The translations under genes were made by a program, and so were the position numbers. The notes beneath the pieces were generated by a model. The model saw nothing but the letters and a program-made list of their open reading frames with translations, did not search any database and was not told the DNA's origin. From Sphaerodactylus townsendi (Eukaryota), in NCBI RefSeq assembly GCF_021028975.2, contig NC_059431.1, positions 67,952,001 through 68,016,000 of the forward strand: 64,000 nucleotides of DNA, written 5' to 3'. Positions 24,974 through 37,395 of this stretch are shown one piece after another; the first letter of the stretch is position 1, and each line of letters opens with the position of its first letter.

Positions 24974-27900
24974 AATCTTGGCACTGAAAATCCTCAAAAC
25001 TGGTGGAATACATTGATTTCCCCTAAAATAATAAAATTGTAGAATTGCTTTAATATTAGTGTTAGCCAAAGTGAAGGCACATTTCTGGTGGGTTGACCAA
25101 GAAAGGTTAAGGCTAAACCATATCCCTAGATATTTGAAGAATTTAACCTGTTCAATTTTGTAACCTTTTATTATCCAAGTATACTTTTTTGGTTTCTTAG
25201 CAAATACTAAGATTTTTTATTTGTTGTAATTGACTTCCAATTTATTGGACTCACAGTACAAAACAAATCTGTTCAACAGCTGAATCAGGCCAATTTGAGA
25301 ATGGGATAATAGAATAGCATCATCCGCATATAGTAAAAGTGGAATATGATTACAGCCTAATCTGGAACTGTGCCCATTTTCTTCTTATAATGATGGTGCC
25401 AGATCATACAAGAAATGGATTCTTCTGCAAGAGTTAGCTTTTCCCAAATGAGAGACATGAACAAAGGAAGATGATCACTCAGCAGATATTGTCTATGACA
25501 AAAGACTCTACTAGGCTCTCAAGTGTGGAAGGAATCAAGATATAGTCTATTACGCTAGACCCATGAGCTGATACATATGTGTAGTCATCTGAATTTGCAA
25601 ATTGTTTCAAACCATTAAGTCAGAATTTATTTGTTTGAAATGCCAATTGCACCAGATACCTGCCAACATAGTTAATAGTTTTATCTTTATATTTAGATCT
25701 TTAGATTTATGAGCATAAGGAGTAAATAAAGATTTAAAAATCGTTTCACCATAACCTTCCTCTGTAAGTTAGGAGGCTATATTAGAGCCCACCATAGCAC
25801 TGAAATCTCCCATTACTATAATTTCAGAATTAGGGTGGTTATTTTCTAAGGTTACTATATATGATGTAATGGACCTCTAAAGATGGGTAGGTAAGACCTA
25901 TGGGCATGTAAATATTAACTAGTATCAGATGGAACTTTCTTAAATGTAACAGTTTGTGTGATAGGTGAACAATTCTCCAGAAGTTTTGAAATGTACCTAT
26001 CTGAGACCAGTGTGGCTAGACCCCCTACCCAACGGTCAAAGACTTTATTTTTTGTGGCCACTAATTTGTATGATTGATAACCAAGTAAGTTAACTTCATA
26101 GGGAGTCCAGGTTTCTTGTAAGAGTAGTACTGAGAATTTAGATAGGTGGTTTTTAAAACTGATATTAGCCATTTTATTCCCCCAGCCTGCTATATTCCAA
26201 GATAGGAATAAGACCTGGGGGTTACCATTTTGTCAATCTGTCAAAGGAAGGTGCTCAATATCTCCTAAGTCTGGTTGAATACACCCATTGAAACCATCTC
26301 AGAATACACTCGAAGACTTCCTAGAACAGCTAGAAGGAGAAGGCATAGGCTGGAGAGGGATCTCAGGGTTTTTGTGTTCAGCAATAGATTGGTAAGGTTA
26401 CATTGGTAGTGCACACTGAGGAAAATGTGATACACCACATGACTCTGTGTATTCATTTCCATTATTTACTGTCTTATCTATCTGTTCAACATCAGCTGTT
26501 CCTTGCTGGCAAAGAGTCATGTGATGATGTAACTGGACTTTTATAGTTTCCAATCTGTTAACAACATCCATCTGTTCATTTGGAGATAATGTTTTATAGT
26601 CTTCTAATAGATTCTTCTCAAAGGTGGAAAAATGATGGGTGAAGAATCTAATACTATCCTGTAGTCACTTAATTCACATTGGAAATCTGAGACACCAACT
26701 GAGACACAACCCATGGGAGATTTAATTTCCTTCGCTCCCCTCAGCTCTTCAGCCCACAATTTACCAATTTCCATTGAGTGAGGTTCATTAGATAGGACTC
26801 TTGTTGATCTTAAATCAAGGTCTGGATCAAAAGTAGATGTAGATGCTTTCTGTCTCCTATACATTTCTTTACTGGGGGAAGAACTTATGAGGTTTGCATT
26901 AGTTAAAGTTGAACCTGAGACTGGTGAGCTCTCCTGTACAAATTTAACTTCTTTTGGGTTTGATGTCTGTTCCGTGGTTTTGTGACCCCTTACTAATAAG
27001 GGGGGTCTTGACTTATTCAGAGCTGGACCTTCATCCATTATTAGACTGTTACCATTGCATAGAGACCCATTGTGATGTACGAGGAAAAATTTGCATTTGC
27101 TGCTATGTGATCCCTAGAGATATGTTGTGATATCTCCACAATTTATTTCAAAACTTTTTCCAAGGCCTTCCATTTATTAACTAACCCCATTCCTTTAGAG
27201 CTTAAAATGTCCAGTCTGCATCAACATCTTCCTCAAATACTTCAAATCTGTTTGAGAGTAGCATTCCACCATGAGATTTTTCCACCTGACTGTTATTTAG
27301 ACAAAATGTATTTATCCTGATTTGTTTGCAGGGTTTCAGGGTCAGACATGTTTGGAGACAGTCTACAACATTTCTTGAAGCCCATTAGCTTAATTGTTTT
27401 ACTTATCAGTTCTTGTTATAACTGAAGAGAGTTTTTTAAAAAATAATTCACTATTTTATTAAAGTAAATTATTTTTAAAAGCTTTCACTTCAGTTATAAT
27501 CTCTCGCTTCTTTATGTGAACCAAAATTTTTATAAAATAATTCCAAGTACCCAAAAACACTTTGTCTGTTTAAGTTGGCTTGGTTCCAATATAACAAATC
27601 AAGCCAGCTGGTTCATTCGTAAGCATTATAGCCAGAGTTTTCAAATTAGCTTGTAAAATTCAAAGAATTAAAATATCTCAGTTTTCTTACCATTTGTGTT
27701 TTGTTTCCTTATAAAAATTCAAGTGATTATAATAGATAAAAACAATTAAAAGCAAGCAAGATAAAAATGCTGTCTTACAGCTAATGCAGGAATCGGAACT
27801 CCTAAAATAAGTATAAAAAGTAGCTTAAATGATAACATCAAATGCCAAAGTTGTTGTCCAGTCTCTCAACAAAAGCCGAAAATCCTGGAATTAAATATTT

Positions 27901-29736
27901 CAGGCTTTATTTATGTTATGCACAGCTGCGCTTATGACAAATACTCTACAGTTTCCACTCTAATGACCCATCTATGCCATTTATATGTGAGATTGACAGA
28001 TGACTGGAATAGTTCTCCTAAAAAGCTTTGAGGCTGCATTTGATCCCTTTGGAAAGTTTCAACTGTCATTTTCAGGATCCCCATTTTTAACCAAGTTGTA
28101 TGATGAACTCAAAAACAAAGCCACTAGTTAACGTAAAATCAATGAGCAGTATTATACATCACTTAACATCCAACAATGTTTAGAAAGCATAATAAAATTC
28201 CCTTTACTGCAAAATTCATTCATCTTTCTATTTGTTCAATAGTTCTGTTTCATTCCAAATTTTCTCATTTTCTAATCCTCTACTGTGATCAGTTCTGATT
28301 GCATCAATTACTTATTGCATCATATATCAAACAACAAAAGGGAAGCATGAAACTGTAGAAAATGTTTGCCTAGCATCAAGAACTCTTTTTCAGTGATAGG
28401 TAAATGAAAATGACATGATATACTTTACGAAGCAGTGATCTTCAACATAAATTTTCATAATCTGGATGCAAGGCATGTACATCTATATAATATATGTTGA
28501 CACTTAAGTTACAAGCAACAAGAAGAAAGGGAAATTTTAAACCGCTGTGAGGGGGCATATGTGGCAACAGTCACTTTAGACCACATGCATACACACAAAT
28601 AATTTTCTTTTCCTTCTCTTTCTGTTCCTCAGAAACAACAGCAAAAAAAGAAATTGGGGGGGAAAAAAGCAGTAGCACCATTTTTTCAACTCATTTGAGG
28701 TCAAGTTCCAACCTTCGGCATCACAATCCACCAGTTGATCAATAATATACTGGGCATACATACATACGCACACACATTCTCAAACTCAGAAGAGGTTCTC
28801 AAATTCCCAAACTACTACTGAAGCTCTGAGTTTCAAGTTCTTGTCCAAAGAATATTTTCTAAAGAGTAAATTGACAAGGGCAGGAACAGTATAAGCTATC
28901 TGACTGTTTTTTTTTAAAATTACCTAAATAAATATACAGTACATGCATGCTTAAAGTTAAACATATATACATTTATTTGTCTTCAGGCAAGGGCAATTTT
29001 TTTAAAAAAATCAGTTGTGTTCCACACTGAAATACAAACTACATTCCACATGTAAATGTTATCTACAAGTGGGTGCAAGTACACAAGCACACACGCATAC
29101 TATTTTTCCCTTTATGGAGATACAAATACAGGGGTTACCTTTGAAACATGCATTTCTGAAACCCTGCGGTGGGAAAAGGGGAAGCAACTTTACCTTTAGG
29201 GCTTCTTTGCTGAAAAACTGTGGATCTCTAAAGAAGAACCAATGAAATTTTAATATGCATTTTTATGTAACTCAAATTTCATTTACACATTAGTATTCAC
29301 ATGAATTTTCAGGTATAGCTTCATACTCCATGCCTATGTGTTTTACCCTGTGCATTGTAGATTTTCCTCTATACAAGAAAAGAACCAAAGACAAGCTGGC
29401 ATAAAGGAAACAATGTACACAACTTTTGAAACTGAATCTCTCTTACGTTTTCGTAAGTGCTAAATTAGGGAGTGGGAGAAATTATATGGCTTAATTTGGG
29501 ATTAGGATTCCTCAGTAATGATCCCTCCCCATAGGCCTGAGAAGGGACAAAAATCTTTACTGGAGTCCTAAAAATAAAGTTTATGGCATGCTGTCCAGCT
29601 GTAGTGTTGTTCAACTACAAGTGACAGTTTCATCACAAATACAGCCAACATTAAAACATTATGAGGTGCTTTCACCAAAATAGATTATTTGAAGGGTGTG
29701 CCAAGGAGTAATTTGACCAGCACACTTTATTCATGC

Positions 29737-30025
29737 AGTGTGGTTTAGAGGTTAAAAGCAGTAGACTCTAATCTGGAGAACTAGGTTTAATTCCCCACTC
29801 CTCCACAAGAGTGGCAGACTCCAGTCTGATGAATCAGGTTCGTTCCTGCTCCTACACATGAAGCCTGCTTGGTGACCTTGGGCTAGTCACAATTCTCTCA
29901 GAACTCTCTCAACCACACCTACTTCAGAAGGTGTCTGTTGTGGGGAAAGGAATGGAAGGAGTTTGAGACTTCTTAAGGTAAAGAAAAGCAGGGTATGAAT
30001 TCCAAGCCTTTTTCATCTTCTTCTT
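29737..30025 (+). mobile_element. tRNA-derived CORE-type SINE (Squam3-like), diverged
   Basis: GTGTGG....GGTTAAAAGC..GACTCTAATCTGGAGAAC..GGTTTAATTCCCC head; GGTGACCTTGGGCTAGTCAC CORE block; TTC-type tail; homologous to 45508-45797. Confidence 0.85.
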
Positions 30026-32581
30026 AATATTCCATAATTTTCCATGATGTCCCAAAAAATGTAGTACAGCATGGGCACACTTTCTTTATAATTCCATAAT
30101 TTGTCCATGAAAGGGCACACATTCACGAAGTTAATATTCAATGGTTTCTCCATGATGTCCCATCAAATATGGTTCAACATGTCAATGTGTTGCTTTCATA
30201 TATGGATGTTCACAGACTTAAGCATTAAAATTAAGACATACACTATAAATGAGAGTCAGACCCCTCTGCTCAATTGCATACAAGGCAGGAAGTTTAATAA
30301 AATAGTTTTCTAAGAATACTGATTTGCTGGTGAAAAACTCTTCCTGCAGCTGCCACTTACCTCTCTATAGCCCCTTGCCTAAAGCACCATTTTTCATAGC
30401 TGAAGTCATTTTTGTTGTAAGGACCACTGAGAACAGCCTTAGGCTTCTGCACAAAGATTTGCCCATGATGCCTTTCACTCCACCCAGAGCCAACATAATC
30501 ATTATATGAAAACAAATCACACAACTTGCTCAGCTCTATTGTCCCTAGCTCTTGCTCCATTAGCAGTTCCAATGACAACTCAGTTGAGAAGAAAACTTCG
30601 GGGGGGGGGGGTGTCAAACTATAGGATGATAAGCCCATGGCTAGGGAAAGTGACTCTCAACTAGTCTCCTTGTACTCACTTTGCTCTGAAATTCAGAACC
30701 TCCATATCTTGCTTTATAAAGACTTTTTTTTAAAAAAAAGTCCAGCATCACTATGTTGACTTTGAGTCTCATTCATTTCAGCAAAATTCTCTGATTCACA
30801 ATAGTTTTCCAAAAAATAAAATAAGGGAACCACACAGTGGTAATATGGATGACACTAGTAATGGATGGCACTAGAATTAATAAATGAAAGTGAAAATGAA
30901 ATGAGAATTTGACCTCTGATCTATCCTCAAGTTCAACTGAAGTGAGTTTCCATCTTTCAGAATTTTGGTAGTCACATTCAATATTTATATTCAGTTCTGT
31001 TTTCCCCCTAACGGTTTACTGTCATGTTACCAGACTGACCCATTGTGGGTTGGGGGAACCCTATTTTTAAGGCAACAGTGTTTCTACCCATCCTTCCAAC
31101 CCCTGGGGTGCCTAGCAGTGCCATGCCAAAATGGAGAGTCCATTCTCTTCACTGGCTGGTGTACCCACAAGGACACAGTAAACATCTTGACTAGACTTGC
31201 CCTTGCCTATATCTGCCATGCAAAATACCTGCCTCACATCCTTTCTAAAGGGATTAAAAGAACACAGTGTCCCTGCACTGGAAAGCATACCCATCTCCAA
31301 CCCTAATTCTATCCACCCTGCAAAAACAAAGGGCTTGTTAATGTACTTGCCCCAAGTATTTCTGCCAGTATTGTATTAACCTAATCCTTTCTCTGACTAA
31401 TTTCTCTCTAATAACCACCCTATTTACATTGCTATTGTTTCATAGTTATGATTGACTCAGCAGTCTGCCCATCTCCAGGCAATCCCAACTGAGCCATCAA
31501 GCTAACACACTCAAACCATTAGCTTAATGACTCAACATTTAAGGTCGACGTCCAACTCTTGTCTTTCCATGGAAAGACAAGTTTCCCCTTTATCCTGGAA
31601 AATTCAGGGCCACCATGCATAACCTTAAGGATCCCTTTTTCGTTATAAGAAGCCCCCTCTCCCAGTACCCAGTGTTCAATATTGCTGTACACCTCTCTGT
31701 CTGTTGACATTATCCCCAAAGAATTGTTCTTTCTTCTACCAGAGCTAAGCGCAGGTCACTCATCTGTGTTCATCAGACCTTTCTGCTCCAAGATCAGATT
31801 ACTATAACCCTTATTCCCAAATCCCCTTCATCTATTCCAAACCTATTCTAGAACTATGTATCCCTAAATACATTTGTTAAACTTTATTTGCTCTCCTGTG
31901 AATTTCTTGCAAAAGCTGACCTTGGCATACATGGGCAACAAAGTTCTAAAGCTTCCCCAACCTTTTGCTTAGCCAAAAAGCTAATTCCCCCACTCTAAAA
32001 GGGACAGACTCCCACTATTTCAAGTAAAAGTTGGATTCTTTGTTTTCTGTTGAATAGAATTGTGTTCCAGAGACACACATGCTATTTATACAATCAGATT
32101 TCAAGTAGGGATTGGCAACTCCAGACACTGAAATGGGAATATTATCTAGAAAAGACAACTTCACAGCTCATCACGTCTGCTGTGATGGGAGTAGTCCTGC
32201 CTTGTAGAATCTTTTCTTGTCTGAAACTCATAAGAATACCAGAGCCTTCCCCTCTGAAGATCCTTGCTGGCAACCCTAAAGGAGAGAATGAATCAAGAGG
32301 AGAGTCTAAGTTTGCTTTCAGGAAAGCAAAAAAGGAAGAGTGGGGGAGGGAAAATGACACACACACACACACCAGTACTTTTGTGTTTCTCCTTGTACCC
32401 TTCTGACACCATTGATTTCAATGACTTAGATGGATCCTAATCCTTTTTAGAATTGTACTGAGTATTAATGTTTATTACAAGAAAGATTACTATCCTCTCC
32501 AAACTTCTGTGCAGTTGTTTCCTGATGCTAAAGATTGACTTTCTAGTTACTATAACAAATATATTTATATCCCTTTTCCCT

Positions 32582-32726
32582 NNNNNNNNNNNNNNNNNNN
32601 NNNNNNNNNNNNNNNNNNNNNNNNNNNNNNNNNNNNNNNNNNNNNNNNNNNNNNNNNNNNNNNNNNNNNNNNNNNNNNNNNNNNNNNNNNNNNNNNNNNN
32701 NNNNNNNNNNNNNNNNNNNNNNNNNN
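32582..32726. other. Assembly gap (145 N)
   Basis: Run of N. Confidence 1.
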
Positions 32727-34360
32727 CCTATGAATTAATGACCTTCAAAATGTCTCATCATTGACAGCCTTGTTCAAGTCTTGCGAACTGCCATGGCTTC
32801 CATGATTGAGTCAATCCGTCTCATGTTGGGTCTTCTTCTCCTGCTCAGTGGCGTACCTAGGCAAACCTGAGCCCTGGGCAAAACCTGAGTCTGGTGGCCC
32901 CCCCCTCCCCGAACAGATAAGACCTTCAGCCTGGAAGGGCAAAAAGCCTTCAGGCTGCTGCCGGTGCTCCTGCTGTTTTCCTTGGACTTTGAACAAATGG
33001 GGGGGGAGGGGTGCCAGTGGAACAGGTTTCCATTCCCTCCGAGCCTCTTGGGGATTACATCAAGGAAGTTGGAGAGGAGGATCCTCCTGGAAATGAAAAC
33101 TTACCAACCCCCCCACCCCTGCTTTGAAGCTCGTCTCTCCGCGCTCGCTCCTCCCCTCCTCCCTCTCCTCCCTTCTCTGTTTTGAAACGGGATCCAGGTT
33201 CCAGCCGCTGCCTTTCGCCAGGGCTTTATCGCCTTCTGCCCAGCTCCGATGTGCACCAGCCGCAGCAAGAGCGCCTCAGTCCTCCGCCTCCTCCTCCGCA
33301 CTCGGCTGAGCGCTCACCTCGGTGGCCGGGCGGCTGGAACGGACAGCCTCGGTGGGGACAAGCTCACCGGCTGGGGCTCCCAGCCCGAGGCAGCAGCCCT
33401 CTTGCTGCGGCTGGTGAGCATCGGAGCTGGGCAGAAGGCGATAAAGCCCTGGTGAAACGCAGCAGCTGGAGCCTGTATCCCGTTTCAAAACAGAGCAGGG
33501 AGGAAGGGGGAGGGGAGGGAGGAGGGGGAGGAGCGAGTGCAGAGAGATGAGCTTCGAAGCAGGGGTTTACGGGGGGGGGGGTTGGTAAGTTTTCATTTCC
33601 AGGAGGATCCTCCTCTCCAACTTACTTGACGCAATCCCGAAGCGGCTCAGAGGGGGTGGAAACCTGTTCCACCGGCAGCCCTCCCCCCCCCCGCATTTGT
33701 TCAAAGTCCAAGGAAAACAGCAGGAGCACCGGCAGCAGCCTGAAGGCTTTTTGCCCTTCCAGAACTGTGTGTGGACTCGGGTGGAGACCTCTGCCTCCTC
33801 CGCAGTCTCCGAACTCAGCTGCGCACTTCCTCAATGGCCGGTCTGCTGGCTGCCGGCACAGACAGCCCGGGGACAAGCTCACCAGCCGGGGCCCCCAGCG
33901 GAGTGCAGCAGAGTACCCTCACCACTCACTTGGAGGGGAGAGTGGTAGTCTGGTTCCCGGCGTTCCTTCAGCTTGTGGGTGGCGCTAGCAGGCAGAGCCA
34001 GGCAGGGGAAGTATAACTCAGCCTGCAGGCTGCTCGGCCGGCCAGAGTGGGTGGGGCCGCTCAGACATTTTGTAAACAGCCCATCCACGTGTGCTTACGA
34101 ATTTCTACGCCCAACAGGCAGCTTTACCCTTCTGCCCAATGGGTGGTCCTCCTCTGCTCCTGCTGCTTTCAACTTTTTCTAGCATTATTATCTTTTCCAG
34201 TAACTCTTGTCCTCTTATAGTGGGACCAAGATATGATAGTCTCAGTTTAGTCATTTTTATCTTCTAGGGAGAGTTCAGGTTTGATTTGTTCTAGAATCCA
34301 GTTATTTTTTCATTTTAGGAGTCCACATTGTGAGTAAAACTCTCTTCCAAAACCACATGT
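32727..34360 (-). mobile_element. RTE/BovB-related LINE 3' fragment, split by the 32846-34156 insertion
   Basis: 32727-32845 and 34165-34360 join into a contiguous homolog of 22090-22425. Confidence 0.8.
32846..34156. mobile_element. Non-autonomous hAT-like element (1311 bp) with a ~340-360 bp internal inverted repeat
   Basis: Left end CAGTGGCGTACCTAGGCAAAC, right end GGTGGTCCTCCTCTG; perfect 8-bp TSD CTCCTGCT (32838-32845, 34157-34164); arms 32931-33271 and 33399-33762. Confidence 0.88.
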
Positions 34361-35406
34361 TAAATCAGTAAATAAGGATAGCATCAAAATTTTAGAACAC
34401 AGAAATTTTCCTTCAGATGTCCAAATTCTCCCTTAAATATAAGTACTAATGGAATTTAAGGATATGAGCCATATTCCAATGACTCTAATCAAGTGGTTTT
34501 CTTAAGAATTTTTAATTTAGAGCTTTTTGCAATAATCATTTAAGATGAAGAATGGTAACAAATATTTAAAATTATCAGAAACTTCTACATTATTCATCAA
34601 GACAAGAAATTGTTTTATTTTTAGAGAGCACAGGAAATCACAAACTTTGTCCAGCAGTTGTCCATAAGAAAAGCTGATGAAAAGTAAAGTTTGGAAGATA
34701 TGTCAGTCCTGATCAATGAAAAGTATTTTGGAATCAGACAGTTCAATTTTCTCTTTGTTCTAGCAAAAGTTGCCTCCAGTATGTTTTATTTTTATACTGG
34801 CACAGCAGAATTTTCAAAGACAAACATAGTTTTGTACATATCCAATAGAACTTGCTATATAATGTCTTGTTACTGTACGATTTATTTGGATGAAAATAAA
34901 ACAAAGAAAAAGTTGGAAAGAATTTGTACAAACCCATTCCTAAATATGATTGTCAGTGAAACTGCATGCACTTGTTCACATATATGGACTTGCTAAACTC
35001 ATTTAACAAAAATTACAAATGTCAAGTGTAGTGCCAGATCATACAAGCCCTCTTTACTTTATATGCATTCAGTGTATATGCAGATGAGTGTTAAAAAGTC
35101 TATTCTGTGAGCATCTCATTCAGTGATATTCTGTATCTTTATGTCTTGAAGGACCATATGCTTCATGCTCTTCCTGTTTGCTTTCTAGGAATACAAGTTA
35201 CATTGTCTTGGCACAGGTGATGCTTTGTGGTAAGGAAAGGATATACAATTTTTTTGACCCATAGCTTTCTGAGATGATATTCTTATGAATATGCCCCATT
35301 CATTTTTGAACATACACACAAATATTTCTAGATCAGAAGCATTTCCCAGTCTAAGCAGACCACCAAAAGTTGTACACTAGAGATTGATTTGCATTGTCCT
35401 AACAGA

Positions 35407-35590
35407 TAGGGCTACCAGCTCAGGTTTGCGAAATTCCCAGAGACTTGGGGGCAATCTGTGGAGGGAGTTCAGTAGGGATCTTATGCCATAGACTCCACCC
35501 TTTGAAGCTGCCATTTTCTCCTTGGCAACTGATCTCTGTTGTCTGGAGTTCCAGGAGAATCCCACCACCACCCAGAGTTTGGCAACCTTA
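35407..35590. mobile_element. hAT-like MITE with TAGGG(T/C)T(G/A)CCA-type termini
   Basis: TAGGGCTACCA ... TGGCAACCTTA. Confidence 0.65.
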
Positions 35591-36530
35591 TGACAGGATA
35601 TGGGAGTCACTTTCTTAGGAATTCTTTCCAAGCTGCACTGCAAATGTATATATTGAGAAATTTTATATAAAGGATAAGGATGTGATTTCTTTCCATGCAA
35701 AGATCATCCTTCCTGGAACGGATGACATGATTCTTTCATACAAATATTTGTGGAATGGCCTGGAATTTATTGCAAAAAAGCTTACCACTCAAGTGTTAGT
35801 CTACATAACACTGTGTGGTGAAGGGCCACACAATCTTTGTGCTAATAAGTCCTGATTCAGCCTTAGTGAATTCTTATGGGTTTCCTTCTGTGCCAAACAG
35901 TACCTCCTGGTTTTTGGCATTTTTAAAGGAGATTTTTAAAAGCAGCATGATCTGGTTAAGCCAAAAAGACAACATGATGGATCTTGGCTAGACAAAAGAT
36001 ATTACTAATTGAACTGGCATAGAATCTGGGCATGTTTTGTTGGAATAGAGGCAGGCAATATGTCAACTGCAGACTACTTGAATTAGAGAAACAAGCTACA
36101 TTTAGCTTCCTGTATATCGGGGGGTGGGGAGAGTTTTTCCATCATTTCTCTGTTTAACATTTTTCTCCATTGCATTTGTTTAAAAAGGTACATTCTTTGT
36201 GGTAATTAAGCAAGCAGTTGATAAAATCCACAGACCCATAACTGATTAATCAAATCACTGGGCAGAAAAAGAGCAGTCTGCCATCCTTCCATTGCAGATG
36301 GGCTTAAGATGGAGCCAAGCTGGCTGCTTTATAATGGCCAGGTTTTTATTGGCCAGGTTTAAGGCCATTTCCATTCTGTTGTTCCACCCAGTATTACATC
36401 CAGTGTTCTAGATTACTAGATGAGGGCTTAATGTTCATTTTTTTTCTAATGGCAATGGTAAGGCCTCTATCATATTGGCAATTCAAAGAATTGTACGCTG
36501 TATTGTAGTGTCAGTGTTAATCAAATATTG

Positions 36531-36745
36531 TGTGTGTAAAGTGCCATCAAGTTGCAGCCAATTTATGATGGCCGCATAGAGTTTTCAAGGCAAGAGACCG
36601 ACAGTGGTGGTTTGCCATTTCCTGCCTCTGCACAGCAACTCTGGGCTTCCTTGGCGGTCTCCCATCCAAGTCCTAATTAGGGCTGATCTTGCTTAACTTC
36701 CCAGATCTGATATTATCAGGTAGCCTGGACCATCTGGGTCAGAGC
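36531..36745 (-). mobile_element. 5S rRNA-derived SINE with RTE-type tail (5S-Sauria-RTE-like)
   Basis: Reverse complement has the 5S-like GATCTGGGAAGTTAAGCAAGATCAGCCC...ACTTGGATGGGAGACCGCC, then GGCAAACCACC..TCTTGCCTTGAAAAC..ACTTGATGGCAC and an (AC)n tail. Confidence 0.85.
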
Positions 36746-37288
36746 AATGAAGGCACACATAATTGCTGGGCATTTCTATAGTGTTTCGAACATTCAAAGC
36801 ATATAACTTACATTACAGTAATCTTTAGGATTGAGCTGAAAAGTAGCCAGCATTTTGTAACAGAGAACTAGGGGTTGTTTAACAATACTCAATAAGATTA
36901 TGACTAAGGTGAAATTTAAATCATGACCTTCCCGTCTCACAGCCGGCATTCTTTTATATCTGTTAAATGATACCCACTCCCAAACAAATATCAAAGGTAT
37001 TAATTTTATCTTCCTTTCTTCCCCAAGTTCTAATGGATCAGTGAAGATGTGAAGAAAGAGAACTAGATTTTTAATATTATTATATTTTATACTGTTACTG
37101 TTTACTTCATTTATATTCTGCCTTTCTTACAAATTGGGACCCAATGTGACTTGAATCATTTTTGTCTGCTGGTTTTTATTGTCACAATGACCCTATGAAG
37201 TATGTTAGACTGAGAGTGTGTGGCTGGCCTAAGGTCACTTAACAAGTTTCCATGGCAGAACAGGGATTCCAACCTAGGTTTCCTAGAT

Positions 37289-37395
37289 CCGTGGTGGCGA
37301 ACCTTTGGCACTCCAGATGTTATGGACTACAATTTCCATCAGCCCTGATGGGAATTGTAGTCCATATCTGGAGTGCCAAAGGTTCGCCACCACTG
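37289..37395. mobile_element. Near-perfect palindromic hAT-like MITE (107 bp) inserted in an antisense SINE (~37100-37445)
   Basis: GTGGTGGCGAACCTTTGGCACTCCAGAT / ATCTGGAGTGCCAAAGGTTCGCCACCAC; 8-bp TSD TCCTAGA(T/C). Confidence 0.9.

Larger units (their letters stand above)
22805..27400 (-). mobile_element. Degenerate, internally deleted non-LTR retrotransposon (RTE-X-like), interrupted by two insertions
   Basis: APE endonuclease motifs SWNIAGW, LLLQETW, GGLA, IVMGDF, SVIDY, SDHLP (~26200-25465). RT motifs LLYADD and FKYLG (~25340-25120). Downstream AELLYAAPIW and C-terminal RRAYSIARLN..GRF..RCCSC. ORF1-like region ~26230-27400. Clade call is tentative. Confidence 0.8.

Noticed and set aside
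28100-29450. AT-rich, apparently unique region resembling a minus-strand 3' UTR, with ORF 28576-28773
   Set aside because: No associated coding exons or recognisable protein; cannot be supported without expression data.
32806-34182. Dense cluster of ORFs on both strands
   Set aside because: Explained by a GC-rich inverted repeat inside a non-coding TSD-flanked element; no transposase or other domain motifs.
36630-36745. 5S rRNA gene
   Set aside because: Too diverged and fused to a SINE body and tail; called a 5S-derived SINE instead.
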